Origin: the human T2T-CHM13v2.0 reference genome, Homo sapiens
Strand: one strand, 5' to 3'
Length of the DNA: 64,000 bases
Assembly (NCBI RefSeq): GCF_009914755.1
Contig: NC_060926.1
Part shown: in pieces, positions 25,590-39,365 of the stretch
How positions within the stretch are numbered: the stretch's first letter is position 1
Layout of the letters: every line of letters starts with the position of its first letter
Position numbers and translations under genes: made by a program
The notes under the pieces: model-generated
Databases searched by the model: none
Seen by the model: the letters and a program-made list of their open reading frames with translations, nothing else
What the model was told of the DNA's origin: nothing

Positions 25590-26160
25590 TAAGTTCCACT
25601 GGATCCTTCTCTGCGACTTGCCATTAGCTGAAGAAGCCACTTTGGCCAAAGAAGTCCTGTCCACTTCTCAGAATCTCATTTCTAATGATTGGTTGATGCA
25701 GAATATAAACAATTTTCTTCTTAGTACAATTTAGGACAATTCTGAAAGTTATTGAAGAAAGGGGGCACCAAAAGACACCCATTGGTTCATCTGGGGAATA
25801 CACATGTTCTTCCCATCTTTGTGATGTATGAACAACCTTCTGATGATCAGAATCATTTGTCCTGCCAGGATGTTGATTCCTTCAGTTGCTGGTCTCTTGG
25901 CAAAAAGAGTAGAGTCAGAAGTGACCAAGCAGCAGCTGTCACTTGGGTTAGTAGGACTCAGCTCTTTCACTTGGTAGAATTGTTTTCCATCTAGGAATCA
26001 AAACGTCTAAACCAGCTTTGGAAATGGGAGGTCCAGGTTCACCAAGTGGGAAATTCAGAATGACGGTAAATGTAGCCTCTCTTACTTCCACTCCTTGGTT
26101 TCATCCATGATGTGATTCTCATATTGGATCTCACCATAATATCACATGGCATCTTTCCCT
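25590..26160 (-). mobile_element. ERVL-class internal fragment (3' pol/dUTPase-like region; ERV3-16A3-type)
   Basis: Minus strand aaccaaggagtggaagtaagagaggc..; ORF 25749..25970 'ATEGINILAG' resembles ERVL 'AKKGVTVLAGVID'. Confidence 0.6.
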
Positions 26161-26309
26161 CCAGTGGACAGTTCCCTGATTATAGCTTTATGAGACCCTA
26201 GGCAGAGACCCAGCTAAGCGGTGCTCTTTTTCCTCCACTGAAGCTATGAGCTCATGAATGTGAGAAACCACAGCCTGGAGCTGATGTAGAGCCTTTTCCT
26301 GCTCTAGGC

Positions 26310-26812
26310 CTAGGAGGATCAGCGTTATGTGTCCACTCTGCCAAGCTCAAGTCCTCAATTATGCAACCAAATCCTAATCTAGATGTTGTTATGAATGTAT
26401 TTTGTAGATATGATTAATAGCTGCAATTTGTTGACTTTAAGTACAGAAAATTACACCAAATAATCTGGGTGGGTGGGCCTGATTGCAATCACATAAAAGA
26501 CCTTAACAGCAGAGCTGAGATTTCCCTAAGGAAGAAGAAATTTTACCTGGGGACAGCAGCTTTGGTTCCTGTCAAAGAATTTCCAGGCTGCTCTTCTTGA
26601 TTGTCTGCACTATGGATTTAAGACCTGCTTAGCCAGCCCCCAAAATTGTGTAAGCCAATTCCTTATAACGAATCATATGTATATTAACACATACACATAT
26701 ACATATATGCATATGCATGTGTCTCTGTGTGAACACACACACACACACACAATGATGTATGTATGTATATCCTACAGGTCTGCTTCTCTGGTGAGAGAAG
26801 ACTGACTGACTG
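26310..26812 (+). mobile_element. MLT2 (MLT2D-like) ERVL LTR with internal (CA/TA)n
   Basis: ctaatctagatgttg..tattttgtagat..gactttaagta..taatctgggtggg..gccagccccca..tgtgtaagccaattcctt..cctacaggtctgcttctctgg. Confidence 0.82.
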
Positions 26813-26814
26813 AG

Positions 26815-27277
26815 AGAAGGCCTTACTAAAATTTGGCAGTTTTTGGTTGTTCCAAAGTCCACCCCTTTCAAGTAGAAGCAGGGGGTTAGTCTCTCTCTAT
26901 GCTTCTAAGAAGACCCTCTGGCCTTAGTCTTTGGTTGGACATGAATCACCTTCAGCCCTTCATTGTCCATCTTCACAGTGTTCATTGTGCACAGCAACAT
27001 TCATCCAGTTCCGTAGTCCTCATAATTATTAATTCTCAAATATTTCTTGGTCATCTTTTACATTGCACATATCAATGCTTTCTCCTTTCTTGGTATGCAA
27101 TCTTGGTTAATACTGGGGAGAATTTTAATAATTACTCCACTGTTATATGCCAAGGAATGTCCATGCTCCACCAATCACCATTTTTGGGGTCCTTATTGCC
27201 TGCCAGTCTGCAAGTTATCTAACTGAGTTCCAGTAATCTCATTTTAGAATTTTGTCTCTTAGACTCCTGGCACTGCC
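26815..27277 (-). mobile_element. ERVL-class internal 5' region (PBS remnant and gag start)
   Basis: Minus strand immediately after LTR16 reads cagtgccaggagt (Leu-PBS-like), then aaggacccc..ttccttggcat as in the ERVL gag leader. Confidence 0.6.
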
Positions 27278-27711
27278 TGTCATAGGTTGGGTTCCCTGGG
27301 AAGCAGACAGTGAGATGGGAATTTACGAGCAGAATATTTATTGTAGGAATGCTTTCAGAATCCACACCTGTGGAGGAATAAAGGTAGCAAGATTGGGCAG
27401 AGTGATGCTATAGCAATATTGACATTGGTCAATTCTATGTAAAGTTATGAAGCTGAGTTGGCCCTTCAGAGTTGTCTAAAGTTGAACAGGGGGACCAGGC
27501 ATTTATACCCCTATGTTGACCGGTCATCAAATGTGCCTCTAAATCCAGGGAAGAGGCAAAAATTGTGAGAGTCAGCTCTGTTTAGTTGAAGGCAAGTTCC
27601 AAAAAAGAATTCAGCTGAAAACTGCTGGCTGCTAAAACTCCCAGAAGTAGGGAAATGAGGGTTTTAGACCTGTACAGGGGTTGTAGGAGGTACCCCATGG
27701 CATCCATTACA
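27278..27711 (-). mobile_element. LTR16-type ERVL LTR (5' LTR of the adjacent internal sequence)
   Basis: tgtcataggttgggttccctgggaagcagacagtgagatgg ... ggcatccattaca termini; gcccttcagagttgtc. Confidence 0.82.
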
Positions 27712-28849
27712 GCCTAGCATCAAGGCCTATTGCTACAAAAAACAGTCTACCAGGTTGGGATCCACATACATGGATCATATCTTTAAAAATGTCCCAGTAT
27801 TTGTAACTGGGAGTCCTTAGAAATATAATAGCCTTGAGGTTGAGTGGGGTTTTAAAGTAGTTCTATTGTCAGAGAAACATGCTTTAGAGATAAAAGTTTT
27901 CTCAACTTCCAAAGCAAACCAAAGATTCCTATCATTGTCCCTACAGGAAATGGGCTTCTAAAGTGATAGAACTTCTAGCATGTAATTTGTTTCTATGTCT
28001 CTGCCTGGCATGATCATGGAGGAAATGATATCAGAGCACGGAAAGTAGGACAGCAAGATTGACTGACCAAGGTTCTTATTCCCCAACTAATGCAGAGAGA
28101 TAGGATTCTTCTTGTCCAGGAGTATTCGGCATGTGCTATGGATCAAGGGTCTCCTCATAATATTTCCTTTTCTTTGCTTTGTAAGTGGGAGTGTTTGAGA
28201 TTATTACGTTTTTCCAGCCAGTTTTCAGTTGGTATGCTTCAGATGATGAAACCGAGTACTTACTTTATTCATAGACCTCAGAATATTGAAATAGGATTTT
28301 AGTAGAAATACAGGCAGAATGAATATTCCTTTGATTCAAAGCTCATTTCATGGGATGAATCGTTTTAAGATTCATTTTGTATTATGAATTATGATTCATG
28401 ATATGTCATGACATGAAATTAGCATGCAGTAGCTGGAACTGACTTTAGGCTATAACCCCTTGGGCAGTGTTGAACATGATTTTAATTGTACATAGATACT
28501 TGTAATTTGTTAGATAGAGCAAATGTTTGAGAAGAAGGGTATATACGCTTGTTGGTCACTAAAGGAAGACTCAAGCTATTGTTTTAATGTTTAGCCTGTT
28601 TTTTCCAATTACATATCCTCTTATCTTTAAGATAAGCCTTATCATATGTCCTCAGTTGGTCAGTGAATCATAAAATCTCTCTGTATTGCACCAGCTATAG
28701 AGTTGAAATGTTATTCACCTCTGGCCAAGAATAGCGACTTCTTGAGTATAGAGTTGGTATATGTTAATTACCAACATATACCTTTGGGGCAGAAATTAAT
28801 GTTCTGCTCCACAATTAATGTTTGAACGTTGAAAGGCAGGCTTTCTTTT

Positions 28850-29142
28850 TCAGCTGAGGTTGCCAAAGTGGGAGAACATAAATACAGATTACAAAGTGGC
28901 CCTCTTTCTCACTGCATGGAAGATGCTACCTATAAGAAAGAATAAAACCAACACAGAAAGCGAAGAAACAGAGCTCGAGAAAAAGGATTGATAGTCATTT
29001 GGGCACCTCTCTGCAGGTGTACTTGAAATAACTTCTAAATCCAGACTTCTTGGTAACATGAGGATGTAATTTTTTCCTTTAGCTCAAGCTAGTTTTAGAT
29101 GGTTTTCCACCACTCATGACCAAAAAAGTCCTGACTATAGAC
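28850..29142 (+). mobile_element. Old MLT1 (J/K/L-like) LTR 3' part
   Basis: gctcaagctagttttagatggtttt..ccaaaaaagtcctgacta 3' end. Confidence 0.6.
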
Positions 29143-29289
29143 ATCATCTGTAATCTGTTTGCTACAGCCAATGGCCTTTTACCAGCTGTTAGTCTCATTC
29201 AGTTCTTCTTAATATTTCCCCAGGATAACTGGTCCTTGGCCCCTGACAGTCTCTTTCCCACTGCTCAGACCCTCCCATCTTGGGCTATT

Positions 29290-29450
29290 CAAGAAGCACA
29301 ATCAGGAGTTCTTAGCTTGGTTCCATTTCTGCCATCAATTTACTGTGTATCTATAGGTAAATTACCTTACTTATCTAGGCCTTTATCTCCTCATTTCTAA
29401 AGTGAGAATTTGACACAAAATTACTCATTCAGCTCTAAAATCCTGCCATT
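29290..29450 (+). mobile_element. MIR fragment
   Basis: tactgtgtatctataggtaaattacctta..tctcctcatttctaaaagtgag. Confidence 0.55.
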
Positions 29451-30080
29451 TTATAGCAATAGAAAGTTGGAAGAAGAAATTGTGCGTTAGAAGTTGCATA
29501 AACTTAAGCATATGCTTGATTCAAATGCAGATGCACTCAGGTGAAATAATTTTTAATTTCTCTTTTTAATGTTGAATAAAGTCATGATGTTCTATAATAT
29601 GTGCGCTTTTTTCCAAAATGAAGGAAGGAGACCTTTTTCTTAAAGTTGTAAAGGATCCAACAATGCCCAGTGTTATTGTTGCTTGAATTCCAATTACTGG
29701 GGAAGCATTCTGCACATCTTTACTCATCACATTTCAACATGTCATCTTCTCTAAGTGAAACCAGTTGTATTAAAGCAGCTGTGAAACTCCAGTCATCCTC
29801 CTCCTTTCACTAAAAATGTAATCATAAAAATTTTAAATGCACATATTCATTTTCTTCCCCTTCAACCATGCAAGTACACCTCGGCAATATTCACTGCAAA
29901 AGTGGTTATCAGGTCTCTCTCTATGAAAATCTTAATGGAAAAATTAGATACACAACAGTCTCCTGCTAAACTAAACATCTGATTCTATTACTTGGAAAAA
30001 CAGTTAATATTCATTTTTGCATCTGCCACTACAAATCTTTCTAGCTTTGTTATTTTTCTTCCTCTCTATTCTTTTCTTCC

Positions 30081-30082
<2 letters not shown>

Positions 30083-30122
<40 letters not shown>
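30083..30122. repeat. (TG)20 microsatellite
   Basis: Direct inspection. Confidence 0.97.
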
Positions 30123-30125
<3 letters not shown>

Positions 30126-30701
30126 TAGGGAAAAGAGAAAGGAAGCATTTCTCAGATATTCAAGCTAATACTGTACTAAATATTAAAACTGCAGAATGTC
30201 AAGATAATATCTACACACAGAAAGGGTCTTGCCTTACTCACATCTAAGAACCTTCCATTTCTTTGTTTCAAATTAAATGAAATCTGAGTCCCGGCCCCTA
30301 TTTCTCACAGTAGATAAGAAATTTAATATCTTTTTGTTGTGGAGAACTCTTACCCTCTTGAGATTCATTTTGGAACCCTTAAGCACCACGAAATTCCAAA
30401 GCATTTGGCTCAGGCCCTATGGCCTGTCTACAATGGTCAGCAGGAATGTAATTGTCTAAATCTGAGTGGTTTTTTGAAGTTGACTGCATTACTGTTTCTA
30501 TATTAAACTTGTACAATGAGATTATTCATGAGGCTAGGAGCCTTACCTCCTCATGTGCAGCCTTTCTACTGTGCAATATCACTAATAGAAGTCCTATCAC
30601 CTTTCTCAGGAGGGCAGTAACTAACACTTTCACCTGTGGGATCTCTTCCCTCCTCCACTTGCTTCCTAGTTTAGACAGAAGTTTTAAAAAAATCTATATG
30701 C

Positions 30702-30752
<51 letters not shown>

Positions 30753-30792
30753 GTCTATCATCTATCTATCATCTATCTATCTCTGTCTATCA

Positions 30793-30850
<58 letters not shown>
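30702..30850. repeat. Compound (TCTA/TCTG)n tetranucleotide STR
   Basis: Two long TCTA runs separated by TCTG/TCA interruptions. Confidence 0.97.
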
Positions 30851-31054
30851 AGATTTGACCACACCTAATCTTTAAAGCCCTCCTTCTCTAGGTTTTGAAA
30901 ACTAAGGCCAGGGAAAGTTGTTTTCTAAAAGTTTGTAAACTTCTATTTTGAGACAAGACAGATAAAAACAATAAATAACCCTCTCAGTTAATGTCCTGGA
31001 CATATTTGGGGAGGCTTAGGGGAAGGAAGTGATCGTTACGTGTATTACTAATAC

Positions 31055-31540
31055 AGTGTAGTGGGCAGGAAGACAAACTGTGTTCATCTGGGTTCAAATT
31101 CCTACTACTCCACTTCATTGTGTGACTTTGGGCTGATTATCTCAACTCTCTGTGCATGTTTCCTTATTTATAAAGTGAGGGTATATTAGTACTGAACTGA
31201 TGGGGTTGCTATAAGTTAAATAAGTTATTCCATGGAAAGGGCGTAGGAAGTTGTCAGGTGCCTAGTGAGCACTCTGGAAATGTTTCTTATTATTCGTCAT
31301 ATTCTGAGCCTGACTTATTTGAACTCAATAGCCCTCAAGATATAAGGTACAATCTCATAACATGGCCTTCAGAATCAGAGGTTTAAATCCTGACTCTATC
31401 AAGTGTCAGACTTTGGGGGAAGCCGTGTAACCTCTGAGCCTTGGTTTCCTCATCTGGAAAATGGAGATATTAGTATCTATTCATAGGGCGATTGCAAATA
31501 TTAAAAGAAATAATGTATGTGAATCCTTTATTAGATTTAT
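31055..31540 (+). mobile_element. Two tandem MIRs (~31055-31290, ~31350-31540)
   Basis: tgggttcaaatt..tgtgactttgggc..; taacctctgagccttggtttcctcatctggaaaatggagata. Confidence 0.8.
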
Positions 31541-32733
31541 TAAAAAATGTTTAACCCTTCACCACAGTGAGGAATTTATTTCCTCCTCTCATTACACACT
31601 GTCCAACTTTAAGATCACACCTTTGTCAAAGGACGCCTTAGTTCATCTTTCTTCCGAATCTCTGATTGCCCATTTTCGTGATCACAGGGCTAGATACAAA
31701 GTAGGCATGCAATTATTATAAATCCCTGTTGAATTTATCTAACTCCTCTGGGACTGCAGAAGTAGGCCTAGATGATCTTTCAATCGGCTGTCCCCAGTCA
31801 TTAGAAGAAGTACACCATCTGTAGACCAGATCTGCCAGCAGGACTCAACCTCCCCAGCTACATTCATTTTTCATGAAGTAGAGCCTCGCTGGGAGAGTGT
31901 TCGTTCTTGCCATGGACGCTCTGTCTCGAGCCAAGTGGCCAGGCTGCCTGAATGCAAGCAGATGCAGTGTGCCTGGCCTGGAGGAGTCATCAGAAGGGCC
32001 CCCAGGTTGCCTGGGAGGATGCATCTGGTGCCCGTGTTGGGCCAAGTTTAACACATGGACCTGTTAGCAATATTAATGACTGTCCTCACAAGGACCCAGC
32101 CAAATGTCATTTATATTCAGCAGTCTTCCAACTCACTCTGTGTGGCCAGGCTGAGTGGGAGGAGTAAGCAATGTGCTTTCAATAGAAATGGCATTTATTC
32201 TTTGAGGGAACCATGAGGAGCTCAGCTCACATCCATCAATTTCGTGTTTATTATTGTTTTTAGTCAATCAACTGTTAAAGAGTTATGGTTTTTGTACTGC
32301 GTGCCCATCCTTGGCCTAGGCACTTTGTGGAGTGGCACAGAGGAGAACTGTTTCCCCCGGAATATTGATTTACAAGCATTCATTCACTTCCCCCATTGTT
32401 ATCAAAGAGTGACCATGTGTTAGGTATTGGTGATAACTGAAGAAACGAGACAGAACAATGCAGCCTGAGACAGTCATAGAACATTTCACAGCAGGGAAGG
32501 ATTTGGCATTGACTAAAGGATGGGACAGATTGGGATAGCTAATGTCTTTCCTGCTTTGGCCCTTTTAATTTAACCCAGCCCATCAATACAAACCGTCAGA
32601 GAGATAATGCAAACAGCTTCTCTAGGGACCCATTTTCTCTCTCAGTACTTTTCAGGCTACCTACTAGCTGTTGTTGGAGCTGCAATTTGAGTGTGAGAAT
32701 GTCTATTTCTCAAACCTAAGTTAACATTTGGAG

Positions 32734-33097
32734 GCTGTTGGTAAATAATGTGCTCTGGTTCTCTTATTTCTGGGCATATGAAAGAGATAAACTTTCTTCC
32801 CCTTTTGAAATTATGTGTGGTCATGTGACTAACTTTGGCGAATGAAATTGAAATGGAAGTGAACCGTGTTACTTACAGATGGAAGCTTGAGAGCCAGTGT
32901 ATGACTCCCAACAGCCCTTTCTTCTAACACATCATACAAGCCCATGCAGGGATGGAACCCCATTAATGTTGGAGCTCCTGGTGGAACTGTACTGATGTTT
33001 ATTGTGAAGGAAAAGGGCATGCTTGATGTGTTAAATCACAGAGATTTGGGGGCTGTTTGTTACCGAGGCATAACCTGGCCCAACCTGCCTGAACTGA
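32734..33097 (+). mobile_element. Old MLT1 (I/J-like) LTR
   Basis: gtggtcatgtgactaactttggcgaatgaaat..ggaagtga; gagatttgggggctgtttgttaccgaggcataacctggcc. Confidence 0.75.
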
Positions 33098-35249
33098 AAG
33101 CATAAGACAAATACCAGTTATAATAGAGGACCAGTGTAGTCATGGGCAAAACAGATGGCTGCCTACCCCTGAGGACAAGGGAGTCTTAGAATTCCTCAAA
33201 TATAAAAAAAAATTATCTCTCATACCTGCAGTCACAAAGAACCAGTAATTCTCACCCCCTGTATCTTCTCCAAATTATGGCAACATACTTCCTGTCAGAA
33301 TGCAAATGTGATCCCCTACAGCTGCTATTTAGGCAGCCTCACAGACTGAGTTTCCAGCTGTGTTTCTTTCTAGCCCAGTGGTTCTCATTCTCTGTGTTTG
33401 CATGGCCCTGTGGTCTAATGCTTCATCCAGACACAATGTGACTCACCTTTTTCCCTCCTTCAACTTTTAAGGGGAAGAAGTTGATGAGAGCAATTTTCTT
33501 AATTAAAAAAGATCTTCTGTGCATTGTATTTAAACCTTTTACCTGGTACTGCTTATTGCTAGTGAAGTGTAGTCCTAAATACCATATATAATCATTTCAG
33601 TTACAAGTATTTGAATCTGACATTCTTCATGGTGTCATAGAAAGAACAAGAAGGTGTTTAGGTATTCTATGCCTTTAATCACCTCAAGAAACACTGAATT
33701 ATTACTCATTTCTGTCTCCTGGTTCAAGGATTCACAAACCTAGCTGTGCACATCCTCTGGAAAAATATATGATACATTAAAAATGAAGGGTTCCAGGAGA
33801 AAAGAAAAACTCCCCAGGGAATTAAAGCACAAGCAGCTCAGAGCCAGCTCACAGACAGGATTTGGAGACTGAGAGCTTTAAAGTGTTCAACTTCAGTGCT
33901 GTGCACTTGCAAGAGACATAGGGCACGAGAATGGAATTTGCATTCTGTAGTTAAAGCAAAGTTCTGGCCCTGGGCAGAGAGCAGAAGAGTGTGGTACAAG
34001 GGAAAGGGCACTTGACATGGTATCAGGAGAGAAGGGACAACCTGTGTTCGCAGAGCTTCACTATCAGGATGGAGGACTGAGGCTGACTATAAACACATAA
34101 CTTCACAATTTGTTGCAGGACATTCTTTTTTTTTTTTTAGTAAGATAAAGGCATAAATCAATAAATAACTTCCCGGCTGCTTCAGGGAATTTCTGCAAAT
34201 TGATTTGTCCATACAAATGGCTTGCTTATTGGCTTGCCTATCCAACCTAGTCTATTCCTCAGACTCACTTCAAGACCCCACTGAATTGTGCTACCAGTCC
34301 TAAACCATGACCTTATGAACCAAGCCCAATGACAATTGATTTCCTGCACTGAAAGATCTGCCTTAAGTCACTTGAGCTCAGACCCCAAAATTCTCTATTC
34401 TCCCAATCTCCTCCTTATGGGATACTACTATGGTTCTGTGGAGATAATATTTCCATTTCTTGCATTAAGTAAGAGTTGGTGAAATACAGTAGATTAGGAT
34501 CATACATTTATCTAGGTCATATGTCACCTTCTCCTTCTTTAGAAATGTAAAAGCTGTCCTTTTGACTATTTGCCAAAAAATTGCAAAATATATTCTAAAC
34601 AGCAAATTTATTTTCTCTCACCTGTTTATTTACACTTGCTAATTAACTAGTCCAGTACCAACTGCACAGGGATTCTGGTTGTGTTGATGATACATTTGAA
34701 CAAATTAAAAGGAAACAAATATGCATGTTTTTTGGCCAAGGAGTCCAAGTTTCAAAGCCAGTCTGCATTGCATCTTTTCCCAAGGGAAATTCAAACAGCT
34801 CTGTAAAGAGAAGGATAGCTAGTGCAAATGGAAATTCTATAGTCTCATATGCTGGTGCTCCCTCCTTAAATTATCATTTCCAGTTTCATTATTGTCAAAG
34901 AAGTAGATATTCTTGCTGTTGATGATGATCCTATCCTCACAAAATACAAAGATGAGTTTGGGGTGTTTGGACTTTTCTTTATGAAAGCTCTGGCTGTAAC
35001 ACAATTTTGTTTGCAAACGAAGACTGCTTTTTGGGTTTTATCCATTCTAAAATTAATTAGCCCTTTTTATAATTGTAGCTGGCAAATCTCACACTCCAAC
35101 AGACGGCAAGGCCACTTTTCTGCTAACTCCCTCATTGCAATGGTTTCTGCAAATCAGATCCATTTCTAACAAACCAGACACCAATTTTAGAATTTTGCTG
35201 TCTAAACACAAACAGAGGAAATAAATATCCCTTCCCACCCACCAACAAA

Positions 35250-35480
35250 CACCCAGCACTTACTGAGCATCTACCATGGGCAGGAGATTCATTTCACGAA
35301 TGCTCACAATAGCCCTATGAATTGGGTACTGTGATTAGGCTCATTTTAAGAGGAGAAAATGGAAGCAGAGAGAGCTTAAGTGAATTTCCCTATGGCAGCC
35401 ACTATAAGATGTGGGGACCCTGGGATGAGATCTTTACCCACTGCCCCCACGACCTGTGCACCTAACCACATTCTCCACGG
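35250..35480 (-). mobile_element. MIR
   Basis: agcacttactgagcatctac..ctcacaatagccctatga..cattttaagaggagaaaatggaagcagagagag. Confidence 0.7.
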
Positions 35481-35490
35481 TGGCCTCTAG

Positions 35491-35880
<390 letters not shown>

Positions 35881-35900
35881 TTACACTATTTTTCCTTAAG

Positions 35901-35940
35901 ACACACACACACACACACACTCTCTCTCTCTCTCTCTCTC
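35901..35940. repeat. (AC)10(TC)10 compound microsatellite
   Basis: Direct inspection. Confidence 0.95.
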
Positions 35941-38344
35941 AAGGAAATGGCTCTTTATTTTACATTGTATAACAAAAGAGGTAGTTTCTTCCAAATAAAG
36001 GGGTGGTCTGTCAGCAGGCAAAGGCAAATGGAAGCTTCTACTTCTAGGAATTGACATGTATTACAGAATCCATAAACTCTTGTGACATGTGAACAAAATT
36101 GAGCTCCACTTGCTAAGAGGGCTGCGCTCATCCTCCTGGGTCCCAAAGTCACCCAGAGCAGAAACACCATGTATTAAATATACTGTCACTTTTTCTCTCC
36201 TCATGAGGGCTGGATGTTAGCTGGCCCTGACCAGCCCTTCTCTCAAGTCCTTTCAGGAACTCAATCAGCTGTCTGTTGCCATATCCTGGACTCCTTCCTC
36301 CCTTTCTGTACCGTTTTTCTGGGGGTAATGCATTTTATTATTTATTTCCAAAATGGTGTGCCCAGTGGTTTTATGTACATTTAAAATTCTTTTTTCAAAT
36401 AATATAAGATTAATCCATTCTTTTTACTTGTATTAGATCATTTGTTCACTGGCACAATAAATGTAAAAGACAGATGAGATTAGATTAACTTTATTAGTCA
36501 GATTGTTACGAAGTCTCAAGGTCTTTAGGGAGAAAACAGATTACTGTTTTTTACAACTGGAAATTTTTTCAGGTGGCTCAGATGCTCTAGAAAACAGGTA
36601 GAAATTATTTTACTTTTAATGTATACCTGTTCAAGCTTCCTAATAAATCACTGTACCACACACTTTGGTTCTTATCCTCCCCACACACCTCTATTTAATT
36701 TGCAAAATGCAAAGATGCATGCTTCATCTGTGGGTGAATGAGTCTGTTTAATTGGCAAGTTGTCATGATTTTTAGTAATTATGGTTTTTTAACTATGTGA
36801 GAAAAGACAAATGGTACATTATAGTAACATCATTTGTCATTTGGTGTAACAATGATCTCTGAATTATAAATGCTGTGTGCATTAATGCATCTGTTATTTC
36901 TCTGTGACAAATAGGGTGATCAAAACCTCTAATAGATTGTACTCTTTTCTCTTGACAGTTTAGTTTATTCTTTTTTCTGTGTTTAGAAAGCCCCCTCCCA
37001 CTCATTAGCCTCTACTAACACCCAAGGCAGGGGTACAGAACAAGGACTGAGAACAAACCAAGCTCTCCTCTTGAAAGCAAACCAAAGTAAAACTGCAGTC
37101 ATTACTGGTGCATACGGTGCCATTACAGGAAACTTGAGGAGGAAAATTGAATAATTGAAGCCACCATTTACTTGACATCAACTCTTTGCTAGGTATGCAT
37201 GATTATCCTTGTCATCTCCAGGGAAAAGAAGGCTGGGGGTGGGAGGTCATGGGATGGATTTCAAACAAGGTTGTTCAGCAAAGACACAAGCCTTGTTTGC
37301 AGCCTACAGACTTACACATTTTCATCTGGGTTGACTCTGCCATTTGAGCCAACAGACAAACTGTGTGTGTGTGTGCGTGTGTGTGTTTGTGGGTGTATGT
37401 ATGTGTGTAACATATGCCTTAATAGTGTATTTCATTAAAATATCAAAATAAGGACTATAATACCAAAAACAAAAGTGAAAAAGGTTTTATGTTGGGGGAA
37501 GACTTTGGGAGAGAGAGGAAATGGGAGGACAATGGCAGGCACTTAAATTAATTTGCTACATCTTACTTCTATTAATAAAAGGAAAGGAAGGGAAGGAAAG
37601 AGTGAGTGACTAAAAGGATGTTATTACGCTTAGTGAAATACAATATATTTAAATAGAATATTATATTCATGTCACATGTTTATTTCATTTCTGCTGAGTC
37701 TCCTTTTCCCCATTGTCTATCAGAACTTGGTTGGGATCCCACTTTCGTGGAGTTCCCCTTTCTCCCTTTCACTGGGATGAGGTGTGGGGAGGCTGAGGGA
37801 CTTGCACAAATCACAGAGCATGAGCTCACTTTACAGTGGTGAGATGATTCCATTCAGCATAATTAGCTCTATGTGAAAATAAGATCAAAATACCCCTCTG
37901 TGAATGCATTCTTAGAAAACCTCATACACAGTTAATTTCCAAAAAGGACAGATTAAAAAAAAATTACAAAAGAAGAAAGCCGCATCAACATCTTAATGCA
38001 AGTAAGAATATGTTTGTAGATCATTAACTGCTCAAGGGTATGAAAAGAGGGAAATTAAAGCTAAGTGTTAGGAACCACTGTCTATTGAAGCTCATTCAGC
38101 AACAAGGATAAAATATTCTGAAATTATAATGAAAGTCAACAAGAAAAGTTAATTTTAAATCAAAGGACAATTTTCCAACCATGCTTTACTAGGAAATAGG
38201 TTTTGCATAGTACAGCACCCTTTTATTAAAAACAAAAGTCAACGGGTGACTATGATTCATTGTGCTATGACATCTTTCTTTTTAGAATTTATAAGTATAG
38301 TTAATCTTATCCCCATTAACATTAACAGTAAGGTTGTGATTTAA

Positions 38345-39225
38345 AATACTATGTTGGCTAAAGGCAATGGAGTATTCTGGATTTGATCCTGAAACACATA
38401 AAGGGCCTTAGTGAAAAACTCGATGAAATCTGAATAAAGTCTGTAGTAATATGCCAATGTCAGTTTCTTAATTTTGACAACTGTACTGTAGGGATGGAAA
38501 GGTGTGGTCCCTTTCCTCACCCATCAATAAGGTCACAGCAGACACTCCTATAACAAAAGATGGATTAACAAGAGAAAAGCATGCAAATTTATTTAATCAA
38601 AGTTTTATGTGTTATGAGAGCCTTCAGAAATGAAGACCCAAAGACTCAAGGGAAATGTGCATTTTTATTCTGAGGTTTGATGAAAAACAGGCAGTCATGT
38701 AGAAATGTGACTGGGCCAAAGAGTGTGATCTAAAGAGGGGGAGCCTGGCAAGGCCTGTCTGTTTGGATTCTTCCTGGCCTCTGTGTGACCTTCCTTTCCT
38801 ATGGGTATAAGACAGGACACCTGTCACATGAGGGTCTTCGAGAGAGAGGGAGAGGGTCAGGGAGTGAACTTTCTAAGTTTTATGGCGAATTTGGGGAAGA
38901 GTTCAAGTTTTTATGACCTGGCTTAGGAGAGAGGAATTCTGATTTCTGTGAAACTCTTCAGGAGAAGGAACAGGGGTGGGAGTCAGGAGAAAAGGAAAAG
39001 GTCAGAAAGGGTTTGCTTCTGAGGCTCTTCCAGTCCTTTAGCTCAAAGTACTCTGCACGCCAGAGGACCATGCTTTGAGATATCATGTTCTGAGCCCCCA
39101 CAGTCCATGGCAGTGTGAGCCATAGCACTAGCGAGAACTGGGTGAAGGGCATATGGGAACTCTTGGTATATCTTTGTATATTTTCTATAAACCCCAAATT
39201 ATTCCAAAATTAAAAGTTTATTAAG
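38345..39225 (+). mobile_element. L1MC/ME-type 3' end split by an LTR
   Basis: atgaaatctgaataaagtctgtagt..ttttgacaactgtac | catgg..aactgggtgaagggcatatgggaactct..aaattattccaaaattaaaagttta. Confidence 0.75.
38487..39102 (-). mobile_element. MER39/MER34-group ERV1 solo LTR
   Basis: TGTAGGG...TGAGCCCCCACA termini; near-perfect 4-bp TSD gtac/gtcc; motifs aacaagagaaaagcat..aatgaagacccaaagac. Confidence 0.8.
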
Positions 39226-39365
39226 TAATTCTATTATGAGGACTAGGGCTTAGGTTAAATGTCTAATCAATTAGTTTGTACTCAAAAACTTTGTTTATGT
39301 CAGTGTTTGTTTTTAAAAGTCTTAAAACTTCTGGGATTTCATTCTTAGCTTATAACTATACTTGA

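Noticed and set aside
30452-30868. 138-aa ORF with SIYL repeats
   Set aside because: Translation of the TCTA microsatellite
34150-34490. Possible old ERV LTR remnant
   Set aside because: Only a vague resemblance; termini and family cannot be supported by eye
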